DNA of 64,000 bases, from NCBI GenBank assembly GCA_964401485.1, contig CAYNYL010000001.1:67834-131833 (forward strand), given 5' to 3'. Below, piece after piece: positions 27,738 through 37,231 of the stretch. The notes beneath the pieces were generated by a model that searched no databases, was not told where the DNA came from, and saw only the letters and a list, made by a program, of their open reading frames with translations. The first letter of the stretch is position 1, and every line of letters starts with the position of its first letter. The stretch comes from an uncultured Gammaproteobacteria bacterium. Its GTDB lineage: Bacteria > Patescibacteriota > Patescibacteriia > UBA9934. Both the position numbers and the translations under genes were made by a program.

Positions 27738-29022
27738 AGGAAATATCCGCTCCAATCGAAATCAACTTATCAAAGAGTTTTTCGTACCCACGTTCGAGGT
27801 GGTGGATTCCGTCGATGCGCGATTCGCCTTCCGCGACAAGCGCCGCGGCAACGTAGGCGAGGCCCGCACGAATATCTGGAACCGTCATCGTTCCGGCAAC
27901 AAGTGGCGTTTTACCTGTAATAACGGCGGTTTGTTGGTAGTTTTGAAGCTTGAACTGACCGGAGATTTCTTCCGGAAGGTAGGCAATTTCAATCTTCGCA
28001 CCCATTGCGTTCAATGTTTCCGTATAGCGGAATCGGTCCTCATAAACGGTTTCGTGGATTTTCGATACCCCTTCGGCTTGAGTCAAAACCACCGCAAACG
28101 GCTGTTGCCAGTCGGTCGAAAATCCAGGGAACGTGTCCGTTTCGATCGTCGTCGCCTTGTAATTTCCATCTCCGAAGAATCGAATTCCGTCATCTTTCAC
28201 CTCATATCCTCCGCCAATCGAGCGAATCGCGTTTAAAAACGTAATCATGTCGCGCTGTACCGCCCCTTCGCAAAAAATATCGCCACCGGTTGCGAGCGCA
28301 AGACAAGCAAATGATCCCGCCTCGAGACGATCCGGCAAAACGCGATGCTCGCACCCGTGAAGCTCCTCGACACCCGTAATAATAACTGTTCGTCCTGCCC
28401 CAACCTCGATATTTGCCCCCATTTTTTGGAGCATCGCAATCAGCTCCATAATCTCCGGCTCGATCGCCGCGTTTTGAATTACGGTCCGACCCGAAGCTAA
28501 CACCCCGGCAAAAATAATCGATTCAGTCGCACCGACCGACGGATACGGAAGCTCAACCGATACTCCGCGAAGCCCTTCTTTTGCCGTAAAATGCCACCCC
28601 TCGTCGGTTACTTCGACCGTCGCCCCCATTCTTTGAAGCGCGCTTACGTGATAATTCACTGGGCGCGGACCAATCTTATCGCCCTCAACTTTCGGGATCG
28701 TCGCCTCGCCCGAGCGGTGCATCAAAGGCGCGGCAAGAAGAATCGAAAGCCGGTTCTTGCGAGTGAGCGCCATTGTTGAGGTCGAACGGATTTCCGGAGT
28801 CGCTGCCCTTAGCGTATGGTCCTCAATACTTGCCGTAGCCCCAATCATCTCGATCAATTCTTTCGCAATATCAGTTTCTTCTTGTAATGGAACGTTATGT
28901 AAAATCACCTGCTCCTTTGTAAGAAGGCTCGCAATAATCATTTTTGACGCCGCATTTTTCGCCCCCGCGATTTTTACCGTTCCCGTAAGCCGACTTCCAC
29001 CGCGGATTAAAAATTGTTTCAT
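27727..29022 (-). CDS. murA: UDP-N-acetylglucosamine 1-carboxyvinyltransferase
   Basis: GAKNAA, PSVGATE, NAAIEPEI, PGFSTD and DIRAG motifs. Confidence 0.95.
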   Translation of the reverse strand: MKQFLIRGGSRLTGTVKIAGAKNAASKMIIASLLTKEQVILHNVPLQEETDIAKELIEMIGATASIEDHTLRAATPEIRSTSTMALTRKNRLSILLAAPLMHRSGEATIPKVEGDKIGPRPVNYHVSALQRMGATVEVTDEGWHFTAKEGLRGVSVELPYPSVGATESIIFAGVLASGRTVIQNAAIEPEIMELIAMLQKMGANIEVGAGRTVIITGVEELHGCEHRVLPDRLEAGSFACLALATGGDIFCEGAVQRDMITFLNAIRSIGGGYEVKDDGIRFFGDGNYKATTIETDTFPGFSTDWQQPFAVVLTQAEGVSKIHETVYEDRFRYTETLNAMGAKIEIAYLPEEISGQFKLQNYQQTAVITGKTPLVAGTMTVPDIRAGLAYVAAALVAEGESRIDGIHHLERGYEKLFDKLISIGADISYAD

Positions 29023-29023
29023 A

Positions 29024-29554
29024 TTAGCGTAGGCGTTTCGCCCAAGTTAGTACTGATTCGACGAACTCTCTCGCGCGCTCAACCCATTGTGCATTCGGGG
29101 ACGCCGGATCAAAGTCTTCAACATACGGCGTAAGGAGCGACGGCGGAAGAACGATCCCTTTCGCACCAATCCACGCCTGGCGAAGTGCCACAACCATCCG
29201 TCCCCCACCCCACTGACCGCTTGACACACCAACGATCGCAAGCGGTTTATCTCGAAGTTCCTTACTATCCGCAAAATCAATTGCGTTTTTCACGGCTCCC
29301 GGAAGACTTTGGTGATATTCCGGCGAGACCATGACAATAACATCCGCCTGTTTATACGCATCTAAAAGTCGTTCCCTTCCCTCTCCTCCATTTTCTCCGT
29401 TATAGACCGGTAAATTCAGTTCCATTAAATCGACAAAATCGACGCTCGCTCCCGCCTCCTCAAACAGTCGCTTGAGTACACCAGCCGGCTTCTCGGATTG
29501 TCTTCCAACTCGCACAGATCCCAAAATAAGCGCAATCCGTAAGGATTCATTCAT
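29024..29554 (-). CDS. NAD(P)H-dependent FMN reductase family protein
   Basis: GSVRVGRQS and SPEYHQSLPGAVKNAID. Confidence 0.9.
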   Translation of the reverse strand: MNESLRIALILGSVRVGRQSEKPAGVLKRLFEEAGASVDFVDLMELNLPVYNGENGGEGRERLLDAYKQADVIVMVSPEYHQSLPGAVKNAIDFADSKELRDKPLAIVGVSSGQWGGGRMVVALRQAWIGAKGIVLPPSLLTPYVEDFDPASPNAQWVERAREFVESVLTWAKRLR

Positions 29555-29651
29555 ACACGCACAGCGTACCAAAATCGACCCCGAGCGACAAGAAACGAGA
29601 AGGCCCCGGGTGAACGTATTTCACCGCGGGGCCCACGAGGTTCACGGACGC

Positions 29652-31073
29652 TTAGCTCGAAACCGGCGCGCGCCTGACTCGACGCCTGCGATCAACGGGA
29701 GACGAGGACTCGTCCTCTTCTTGAATGAGCTTGTCCCACTCCTCAAGCGTATCCTTCGGAAGTACCGCCCTGAGAAACCCAAGAACCCGAGCACGCTCAC
29801 GGATTCCATGGTTATCGTCAAGTTTCGACCACTCGGTAGAAAGGTGATTCCATACCGTAATGGTGATCACTTCGCAGCGATTGATCACGGTACGCCCCCT
29901 AACGACATGCTCAATCGTTCCAAGCACCTTCGCGTCGCTGTACTCATCACTACGCAACTTGTGACCGGCGTTATGCTCGTTCGACTCGATCTTCGTGAGT
30001 CGGAACGGCAGTTGAGAAAACAGCCGCTCCGCGATCATCTGATTGAAGTTCGCTCGGTCGGCGTGCGTCGGGAGACGGAATGCGCCAACCTCCTCGATCG
30101 CAACGAGGACAAACTTCCCACCAACACCATCCTTCATCAGACTATCCCGCAGGTCCTCCGAAGTGAGAATCCCCTCTTCGTCGATCTTGCGTTCAGTCTT
30201 CATGATGCTCGAGAGCAGTTCTTTCGCTCTCGGATCGCAAAACACCCAGTATCGAACACCGTTAATGAGCATCGTCGCTCGGCAACGGAACTCCTTCACT
30301 CGGACGCGCTTCCTACGACGACCGCGCTGGGCCGCCCACTCACGCGCAAGGCTGTTATCCTCAAACAACCTCACGTTCTGTGGAACAAGCCCCTCCTTGT
30401 CACCCTTTCGAATGCCGGCGATGCGCCCGGTTACGGGATTGCACTCCGCCGCAATCGAAAACCTCCGTTCGAGTCCCGGTTCCAGAATGCGCTCGTCCCA
30501 ACCACTCTGCAAAACATCAACCGCAAGCGCGCGAAGCGAGAAAGGGTCGGCGTGATCAGCAAAGAACCGCGCGATCGTAAAGGCGAGTTTGAACCGCGCG
30601 TGAAGCGGAACAAGCCTCGACCACTCGCCGTCACCCGGAGGTGAGGCGATTTGTTGCATCAGCCTCACCGGGTCCACGTTGGACTTCACCTGGTTGTTGA
30701 AGTCGAGAGCGGGAAGGATAGACCGCAAATCACCCTCAAGCGCAATCATCCTCAAATCAGACTTGTGTCTGACCGTAATCTGACCAAGACGCGCCACCAG
30801 CCATTCCGCACCGGTCGCTCGTAGCGGAGCCGCCGCACGATCACCCGGGGGCAATCGTGACCGCAGAAAAGCGACGCGAACCTCGACGCCCGTCTTGATT
30901 CGCTCAAACATCGCGTAGGCAAGACGCGGATCCGCAATCTCCACCACGATATCAAAGAGTGCGAGTTCATCACCTCCATTCTCGAGAAACTCAGGTCCAA
31001 GCTCCTCAAGGATGACCTCGATCCACCGAACCTTGTACGGCGGGAACTGCTCCACCGGATCGATGATACGCAT
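29652..31073 (-). CDS. Hypothetical protein with a degenerate RelA/SpoT-like nucleotidyltransferase domain
   Basis: 473-aa GC-rich ORF with GGAGG SD. C-terminal RAKELLSSIMKTERK, DGVGGKFV, EYSDAK, EVITIT and NH occur in synthetase motif order. Confidence 0.6.
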   Translation of the reverse strand: MRIIDPVEQFPPYKVRWIEVILEELGPEFLENGGDELALFDIVVEIADPRLAYAMFERIKTGVEVRVAFLRSRLPPGDRAAAPLRATGAEWLVARLGQITVRHKSDLRMIALEGDLRSILPALDFNNQVKSNVDPVRLMQQIASPPGDGEWSRLVPLHARFKLAFTIARFFADHADPFSLRALAVDVLQSGWDERILEPGLERRFSIAAECNPVTGRIAGIRKGDKEGLVPQNVRLFEDNSLAREWAAQRGRRRKRVRVKEFRCRATMLINGVRYWVFCDPRAKELLSSIMKTERKIDEEGILTSEDLRDSLMKDGVGGKFVLVAIEEVGAFRLPTHADRANFNQMIAERLFSQLPFRLTKIESNEHNAGHKLRSDEYSDAKVLGTIEHVVRGRTVINRCEVITITVWNHLSTEWSKLDDNHGIRERARVLGFLRAVLPKDTLEEWDKLIQEEDESSSPVDRRRRVRRAPVSS

Positions 31074-31154
31074 GACCCCTCCAGGGCGCTAAAGGTTGAT
31101 CTCAAGAACTGTATCGCCCCGCGTAGTACGGGACGACTCTAAACCGTAGCAAAA

Positions 31155-31180
31155 ATGAAAAAAACCCGCAATGCAGGTTC
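31155..31180 (-). terminator. Terminator of the 6S-like RNA
   Basis: Minus strand AACCTGCA-T-TGCGGGTT-TTTTT. Confidence 0.65.
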
Positions 31181-31186
31181 TCTTCT

Positions 31187-31375
31187 GGTGCCCCAAACGA
31201 AAGGTGTAAGTTGGTCCGTTTCCCATTTGGGTAGTGGCGATAGGCCTCGAAGACGGTAGCGCGCTAAGCGCCTCACGTCTCGAGCAAAACCGCCTGGACC
31301 GCTGTATCTCCCCTAGATCGAGGAAATCTTTCACGAAGTAGTTGGCCAATTACAGTGACTTTCGCCTGAAGCACC
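31187..31375 (-). ncRNA. 6S RNA-like rod-shaped ncRNA
   Basis: 189 nt; 5' GGTGCTTCAGGCGAAAG pairs with 3' CTTTCGTTTGGGGCACC; internal bubble and apical stem; TTGCCA promoter upstream and terminator downstream. Confidence 0.65.
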
Positions 31376-31412
31376 TTTATCATTACACCAATCGGACCGT
31401 TTGGCAACGGGC

Positions 31413-31880
31413 TTAGACGCCTTCGCCAAAATGATACTTATCTGTCAATTTTTCGTAGGTAAAGAGCTCTTCCGGTTTAAAGAAGCGGTTGATTTCAACT
31501 TCCGCTGCTTCTGGGGAGTCCGAGGAATGGACCATGTTTGCAGGAACATTCATCGAAAGATCCGCACGAATCGTTCCAGCGTCCGCCTTTCGCGGATTTG
31601 TCGCTCCAACAATCTTTCGTACAACCTCGATTGACTCGAGTCCTTCAAGGATCATTGCAACGACCGGGGTCTGTTGCATAAACGTCTTCAAGTCATTGAA
31701 GAATGGCTTCTCCTTAAGGTGACCGTAGTGCTCAATAAGCGTCGCATCGTCAAGATGTGTCATCTTCATCGCAACGATTTTTAAGCCAGTTTGTTCGAGA
31801 CGAACAATGACTTCGCCGACGCGTTCCCGCTGAAACGCATCCGGCTTAATAAGGACCAAAGTTTTTTGAATATCTGCCAT
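31413..31880 (-). CDS. ndk: Nucleoside diphosphate kinase
   Basis: TLVLIKPDA, GATNP...GTIRAD and NMVHSSDS. Confidence 0.96.
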   Translation of the reverse strand: MADIQKTLVLIKPDAFQRERVGEVIVRLEQTGLKIVAMKMTHLDDATLIEHYGHLKEKPFFNDLKTFMQQTPVVAMILEGLESIEVVRKIVGATNPRKADAGTIRADLSMNVPANMVHSSDSPEAAEVEINRFFKPEELFTYEKLTDKYHFGEGV

Positions 31881-31922
31881 AGATTTAGTTAGCGAGAACG
31901 CTACAATAATAGCATAGGTTTG

Positions 31923-32786
31923 TCAATTTTGTCGCCCGAGAGAAAATGTTGCAACGCGAATCGTCCCGTCGGGATATATCTGAATCCGTATATCACCGTT
32001 CTCATCCGTACGAAAGAGCTGTACACCGTGACGCTCGAGGCGAGTAAGGGTTTCGCTCGCGGGATGACCATAGTCATTCCCCTCCCCAAGACTCATTATC
32101 GCAAGCTCAGGATCGGCGAGCGTAAGAAGGGTTTCCGAAGTTGAGGTACGACTTCCGTGGTGTCCAACTTTTAACACGTCAACGTCGCGAAGACGTCCCG
32201 CGATCTCAAGCTCCTCTTCACTAGGAAGATCGCCGGTAAAAAGAAGTGACGTTCCATAGACGGAAAGAATTCCGGTTATTGAGGCGCTATTTGCATCCTC
32301 TGGATTCAACGCCTCCCCGCGCGGGGGCCAAAGGACCTCAAACGTCGAGCCATTGTTAAATGTGATGATATCTCCGGTGAAGAGATACTGTTCGTCCATT
32401 TCGTTTACGAGCGTCTTATAGACGCGACTCTCGTAGGGGTAGTCCGGGAGAAAAACGTGATCAAAGGTGAAATAGTGTAAGGCATGGACAATGCCGTCAA
32501 TATGGTCAGCGTGTGGATGTGTTCCTATGACATACTCAATCCTTCGATCCCAAAACGACATCGTCTCCGTCAATTTTTCGACAACCGAAGATCCTGGACC
32601 GCCGTCAATCAATAATTGCTCGCGACCCATATCGATAAGGGCCGAATCCCCTTGTCCAATGTCATAGAACCAAATTGTCACGATCCCCGACTCCGGCGCT
32701 CCGGAAAATACGCGATCACGAAAAAGCGCGAAGAGCACTGCTAGCGCGAGGAGGAGAAGGAACGCGAAGAGTTTCGTCCGAGCCAT
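31923..32786 (-). CDS. ComEC/Rec2-associated metallo-beta-lactamase domain protein
   Basis: DIGQGDS, THPHADH, LKVGHHGS and YGHP motifs. Confidence 0.9.
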   Translation of the reverse strand: MARTKLFAFLLLLALAVLFALFRDRVFSGAPESGIVTIWFYDIGQGDSALIDMGREQLLIDGGPGSSVVEKLTETMSFWDRRIEYVIGTHPHADHIDGIVHALHYFTFDHVFLPDYPYESRVYKTLVNEMDEQYLFTGDIITFNNGSTFEVLWPPRGEALNPEDANSASITGILSVYGTSLLFTGDLPSEEELEIAGRLRDVDVLKVGHHGSRTSTSETLLTLADPELAIMSLGEGNDYGHPASETLTRLERHGVQLFRTDENGDIRIQIYPDGTIRVATFSLGRQN

Positions 32787-34162
32787 AAGAGAAGAATCAC
32801 AATGAACCAAAGAAGAATCGCAAGCGGAGTCGAGAAAGAGAGCGGGACGGTCGCAAACGGAAGGTCGGCCGTTGTGCTAATGATAAAGAGAATCACCCGA
32901 AGAAGGAAATCAGTCATAGCGGAAAGCGGAAGAGAAAGGATCGGAACGAAGGACAGTGGGACTGAAAGCGCCCCGAGCGCCATCGTCATCGGGACAAGTG
33001 GAAGGACAAGGGCGTTCACAAAAAGCGCGATAATGGAAAAGGTTCCAAATTGGAGGGCGATAATCGGAAAGGTCGCGACCGTTGCGGAGATCGTCGAGGC
33101 CACGGATTCGCGAATGCCAAACGCCTCCGGAAGAAAGTCGAGTCGCTCCCCTACCGGTTTTGTTAGATATAGGAGTCCCGCCGTTGAAAGAAATGACAGC
33201 TGGAAGGCAACATCATCTCGAAGAAGATACGGGTTCATTAAGAGCATCGCGCAGGCGGTGAGAAGAAGGCCTTGCTCAGCTCCACTACGTCGACCAAAAA
33301 TCCGTGCCACAACGACAAGCGTCGCCATAAGTCCCGCGCGCAACACCGGTGGATCTCCACCGGCGAGCCAAACGTACACAAAAATCGCGCCAATAAGAAC
33401 GACCCCAGCGGATTTACGCCGAAGCGAAAGCGCAAGCAAGAATCCGAAAATAACAGTGGCAAACATTGTAACGTTGTAGCCGGAGGCGGCAACGATGTGA
33501 GAGGTGCCGGTTTTTTGGAAGGCCGATGACCATGCGTCGCTGAATTCTTTTTCGCCCAAAAGAAGCCCGTTAAGCAAGGTGCCTTGGGGCACGCCGTAGA
33601 TATGATCAACGCGATCGGTAAACGCTTCGCGGAGTTTTGTTGCAAGGCCCGCCCCGTCCTCAACGGTGAGACGCCTTGGTCGCATACAAAGCGCGTAGAC
33701 ATCCTTGGTCGCGAGGTACCAATCATAACGAAACCCGTCAAACGGTTCGGGCGCTTCGAGCGAACAAGTAAAGGAGACTTTGTCACCCGGAAGAATCTCA
33801 TTCCACGGATCGGTAAACAGAAGGATGCGATTCTCGACAGAAATATCATTCACTTGCACCTGGCGCCCAATCACTTCGAGTCGCTCACGTCCTTCAACGC
33901 GCGCCACCCGCGCCTCGACCTGCACCTCCTGACCCACGCTCGCGCGCACGGAATGTTCGGATGGACCCGACTCAAGATACAAAAAAACGCCCCCGGTAAA
34001 GGCGATGACCGCCGGCAAAAAGACAAGTGTGGTTTGCTTCGGAAAAGCGCCAAGGGCGATTATAAGGAGAACCCCAACCCAAATCGGAATACCAAAGCTT
34101 GCGACCGCGATTCCAAATAACCATCCAAGACAGAGCGAGCGGAGGAATCCCGCCGGTGTCAT
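32741..34162 (-). CDS. comEC: ComEC/Rec2 competence membrane domain protein
   Basis: GTSHIVAASGYN, VLRAGLM and FQLSFL motifs. Confidence 0.9.
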   Translation of the reverse strand: MTPAGFLRSLCLGWLFGIAVASFGIPIWVGVLLIIALGAFPKQTTLVFLPAVIAFTGGVFLYLESGPSEHSVRASVGQEVQVEARVARVEGRERLEVIGRQVQVNDISVENRILLFTDPWNEILPGDKVSFTCSLEAPEPFDGFRYDWYLATKDVYALCMRPRRLTVEDGAGLATKLREAFTDRVDHIYGVPQGTLLNGLLLGEKEFSDAWSSAFQKTGTSHIVAASGYNVTMFATVIFGFLLALSLRRKSAGVVLIGAIFVYVWLAGGDPPVLRAGLMATLVVVARIFGRRSGAEQGLLLTACAMLLMNPYLLRDDVAFQLSFLSTAGLLYLTKPVGERLDFLPEAFGIRESVASTISATVATFPIIALQFGTFSIIALFVNALVLPLVPMTMALGALSVPLSFVPILSLPLSAMTDFLLRVILFIISTTADLPFATVPLSFSTPLAILLWFIVILLLWLGRNSSRSFSSSR

Positions 34163-35427
34163 AGGCCAATTCCAACAACGGTAAACCCTTTTTTGCGGAG
34201 CGCAAAATGTGGAAGCGCGTGTTTTCCGTCTCCGATAATCGGCTTACGAAGTGCCTTCTTCACCACATCAAAATCTGCCTCGATAAATTCCGGGAACTCC
34301 GTAAGCACAAGGAGTGCATCAGCGCCGACGAGCGCGTCGTCCTTCGAGGTCACGAGCTCAATCGCACCCTTGAAGTGTGCCTTTGCGTTATCGCGAGCGA
34401 GCGGATCGTAAGCACAAATCTTCACTCCACGAAGGAGGAGTGCCTCGACAATCCGTACCGCTGGCGATTCGCGAAGGTCGTCCGTACCCTTGTTAAACGC
34501 GAGCCCCCAAACGGCAAGCTTCGTCTCGGGAGTTAAGACCAGGAAGCGATCGAGATTTGCAAGAAATGCTTTGTGCTGGGCATCGTTCACTTCGATAATT
34601 GGGGCAATCAGTTTTGACGCATAGCCATGGTCACGCCCGGCACGATCAAGCGCAAGAACATCTTTTGGAAAACAGGATCCGCCAAATCCCGCGCCCGTCC
34701 CCAAAAATCGATTCCCGATTCGGGAGTCGGCGCCAACAATCGCTTCAATATCTTTAATATGTCCACCGGTAACTTGCGCGATATTTGCAACCTCGTTCAT
34801 AAACGAGAGACGAAGGGCAAGCATCGTATTTGACGCGTACTTTGCGATTTGTGCGGAAGCGATATTGGTAACAAAAATCGGAGCCTGGACGAACGTGTAG
34901 ATTTCTCGAAGGATCTGCTCGTCGCGGTGTGTCGACACGCCAAAGACAAGTCGCTCCGGTTTTTCGAAGTCCTCGAGCGCTCTCCCCTGTCGCAAAAATT
35001 CCGGATTGACCGCAAGCGACAAATCCTCTCGACCGAGCGCAATACGAAACTCACGCTCACTCCCCGGAGGCGTAGTGCTCTTAACAACGACAAGCGTCCC
35101 CGCCCTCGCAACCATCGCGACTTCTCGCAGTGCACTATTCACAAATCGCAAATCGCACTCGCCGTTCTCCCCTTGTGGAGTCCCAACACAAACGAATACA
35201 ACACCCGCCTCCCCGAGCTCTTCGTAACTCGTCGTAAACAGAAGTCGCTCTCCCGCCTCTTTCATCGCCTCGCGAACACCCGGCTCTTCAAACGGCACCT
35301 CCCCCTTTCTCAACCGCGCAACCTTCGCCTCGTCAACATCAACGCAAACAACCGTGTGCCCCGCCTTCGCAAGCGCCACAGCTTGGATTAGTCCAACATA
35401 TCCCGCCCCAACAACCGCAATTTGCAT
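34159..35427 (-). CDS. ugd: UDP-glucose/GDP-mannose dehydrogenase family protein
   Basis: MQIAVVGAGYVG, NPEFLRQG and GFGGSCFPKD. The real start is at 35427, not 35682. Confidence 0.92.
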   Translation of the reverse strand: MQIAVVGAGYVGLIQAVALAKAGHTVVCVDVDEAKVARLRKGEVPFEEPGVREAMKEAGERLLFTTSYEELGEAGVVFVCVGTPQGENGECDLRFVNSALREVAMVARAGTLVVVKSTTPPGSEREFRIALGREDLSLAVNPEFLRQGRALEDFEKPERLVFGVSTHRDEQILREIYTFVQAPIFVTNIASAQIAKYASNTMLALRLSFMNEVANIAQVTGGHIKDIEAIVGADSRIGNRFLGTGAGFGGSCFPKDVLALDRAGRDHGYASKLIAPIIEVNDAQHKAFLANLDRFLVLTPETKLAVWGLAFNKGTDDLRESPAVRIVEALLLRGVKICAYDPLARDNAKAHFKGAIELVTSKDDALVGADALLVLTEFPEFIEADFDVVKKALRKPIIGDGKHALPHFALRKKGFTVVGIGL

Positions 35428-35467
35428 AATCTCCCCCGTTTTACCCCGTGCTATACTATTTGTAAAT

Positions 35468-37231
35468 ATGAAAAAGAAGGAGGCAACGGGGCTCGATGTT
35501 TTACAAGTATACTTCGGCCAAGCACGAAAACATTTCTTTAAACTGCTTACCGTTTTTGTATTCATTACCATTGGTAACATCGCAAGTATCGCGATTCCAT
35601 GGGTCATGAAAGATCTCTTCAATTTGCTCGAACAAACAACACCGACAAGCGCAACATTCGCTATTTTTACCCCCGTACTCACCCTTTTCGTATCTGTTAA
35701 ACTGTTGGAATGGTTTTTTTGGCGCGTTCACGATTTTATTTACATTCCTTATCTGCCGAAATCCATGGCGGATCTTGAACTCTCCGCGTACAAAAAACTC
35801 CTCGCACAAAGCGAGTCCTATTTTCAAAATGAGTTTGCCGGGTCTCTTACTCGCCAAATCCGTCGACTATCGGATGGCTTTGATCAATTTAGTAGCCATG
35901 TCATTTTTGAAATCTACCCAACGACCGCAATCCTTGTCGGATCCATCATCGGACTAAGTATTCAACGTCCAATTCTTGGACTCGCCTTCGGCATTTGGGT
36001 TACGGTGTTTATCGGCATACAGTTTTTTCTTACACGAATCGCATCGCGTTACGACGTGAGACGCGACGAACTTGATTCGAGCCTAAGCGGAGAAATCGCT
36101 GACTCGGTTTCAAACGCAATAACAATCAAAAGTTTTGCAACCGAAGACTTAGAGTTTCAAAAGCTTACGGTGGCGGAACAAAAATTAGCAAAAGCGACCT
36201 CGTTAAGCTGGACGGCTCACATGCTTATTTTCACCATTCAAACATTACTCATTATTACAATTGAGGTTAGTCTTTATTATTTTGGGGTAAAACTTTGGCT
36301 CGCTGAACAAATCACTCTTGGCGATATTGCCTTTATTCAAACGTTCCTTGCGCTCGTTTTCTTTAAGATTTGGGATGTTGCGCGTATCTTTAGAAAGATC
36401 GCTTCAACGATCACCGGAAGTAAGGAAATAGTAACAATGATGAATCAGAAAATTGAGATTACGGATATTTCTAGCGCTCAACCGCTAAAAGTGAGGGCGG
36501 GGAAAATTGTTTTTAGCAAAGTTTCATTTGCCTTTCAAAAAAATCAACCGGTCATTAAAAATTTGTCGCTCACGATTGATGCAAAACAGAAAGTTGCCCT
36601 TATTGGACCTTCAGGTGCGGGAAAGTCGACCATGGTCAAACTCTTGATGCGATTCTTTGATCTCCAAAAAGGAACAATCACAATAGACGGACAAAATACG
36701 GCGAAAGTCACTCAAGCCTCGCTTCGCTCCGCAATCTCTATCGTCCCTCAAGATCCAATTCTTTTTCATCGCTCCCTACTCGATAACATCCGCTATGGAA
36801 AACAGGATGCGACGATGGACGAGGTGATCGACGCTGCGAAGAAGGCACACTGCCATGAATTTATTTCTGCACTCAAGGACGGTTACGAAACATTTGTCGG
36901 CGAGCGTGGTGTTAAACTTTCCGGTGGCGAGCGCCAACGCGTCGCGATCGCTCGTGCGATTCTTCGCAACGCGCCCATTCTTGTTCTCGACGAAGCAACT
37001 TCGGCGCTCGATTCGGAGTCCGAACACCTGATTCAAGATGCCCTCCGAGAACTTATGAAAAACAAAACCGTAATCGTAATCGCCCATCGCCTCTCGACGA
37101 TTATGATGATGGATAAAATTGTCGTAATCGAAAACGGTAAAATCACCGACACCGGCACCCACGCCGAACTCCTCAAAAACCGCGGGACCTACAACAAACT
37201 TTGGGAACTCCAAGCCGGTGCGTTTAACTAA
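35468..37231 (+). CDS. ABC exporter, fused permease and ATPase
   Basis: TM domain plus GPSGAGKST, LSGGERQR and LDEATSALD. Confidence 0.93.
   Translation: MKKKEATGLDVLQVYFGQARKHFFKLLTVFVFITIGNIASIAIPWVMKDLFNLLEQTTPTSATFAIFTPVLTLFVSVKLLEWFFWRVHDFIYIPYLPKSMADLELSAYKKLLAQSESYFQNEFAGSLTRQIRRLSDGFDQFSSHVIFEIYPTTAILVGSIIGLSIQRPILGLAFGIWVTVFIGIQFFLTRIASRYDVRRDELDSSLSGEIADSVSNAITIKSFATEDLEFQKLTVAEQKLAKATSLSWTAHMLIFTIQTLLIITIEVSLYYFGVKLWLAEQITLGDIAFIQTFLALVFFKIWDVARIFRKIASTITGSKEIVTMMNQKIEITDISSAQPLKVRAGKIVFSKVSFAFQKNQPVIKNLSLTIDAKQKVALIGPSGAGKSTMVKLLMRFFDLQKGTITIDGQNTAKVTQASLRSAISIVPQDPILFHRSLLDNIRYGKQDATMDEVIDAAKKAHCHEFISALKDGYETFVGERGVKLSGGERQRVAIARAILRNAPILVLDEATSALDSESEHLIQDALRELMKNKTVIVIAHRLSTIMMMDKIVVIENGKITDTGTHAELLKNRGTYNKLWELQAGAFN

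Noticed and set aside
31089-31349. 86-aa minus-strand ORF
   Set aside because: It runs through a terminator and coincides with the rod-shaped RNA.
35428-35682. Long N-terminal extensions of ugd and the ABC exporter that would overlap head to head
   Set aside because: Family motifs start at 35427 (-) and 35468 (+), leaving a normal short divergent promoter region.
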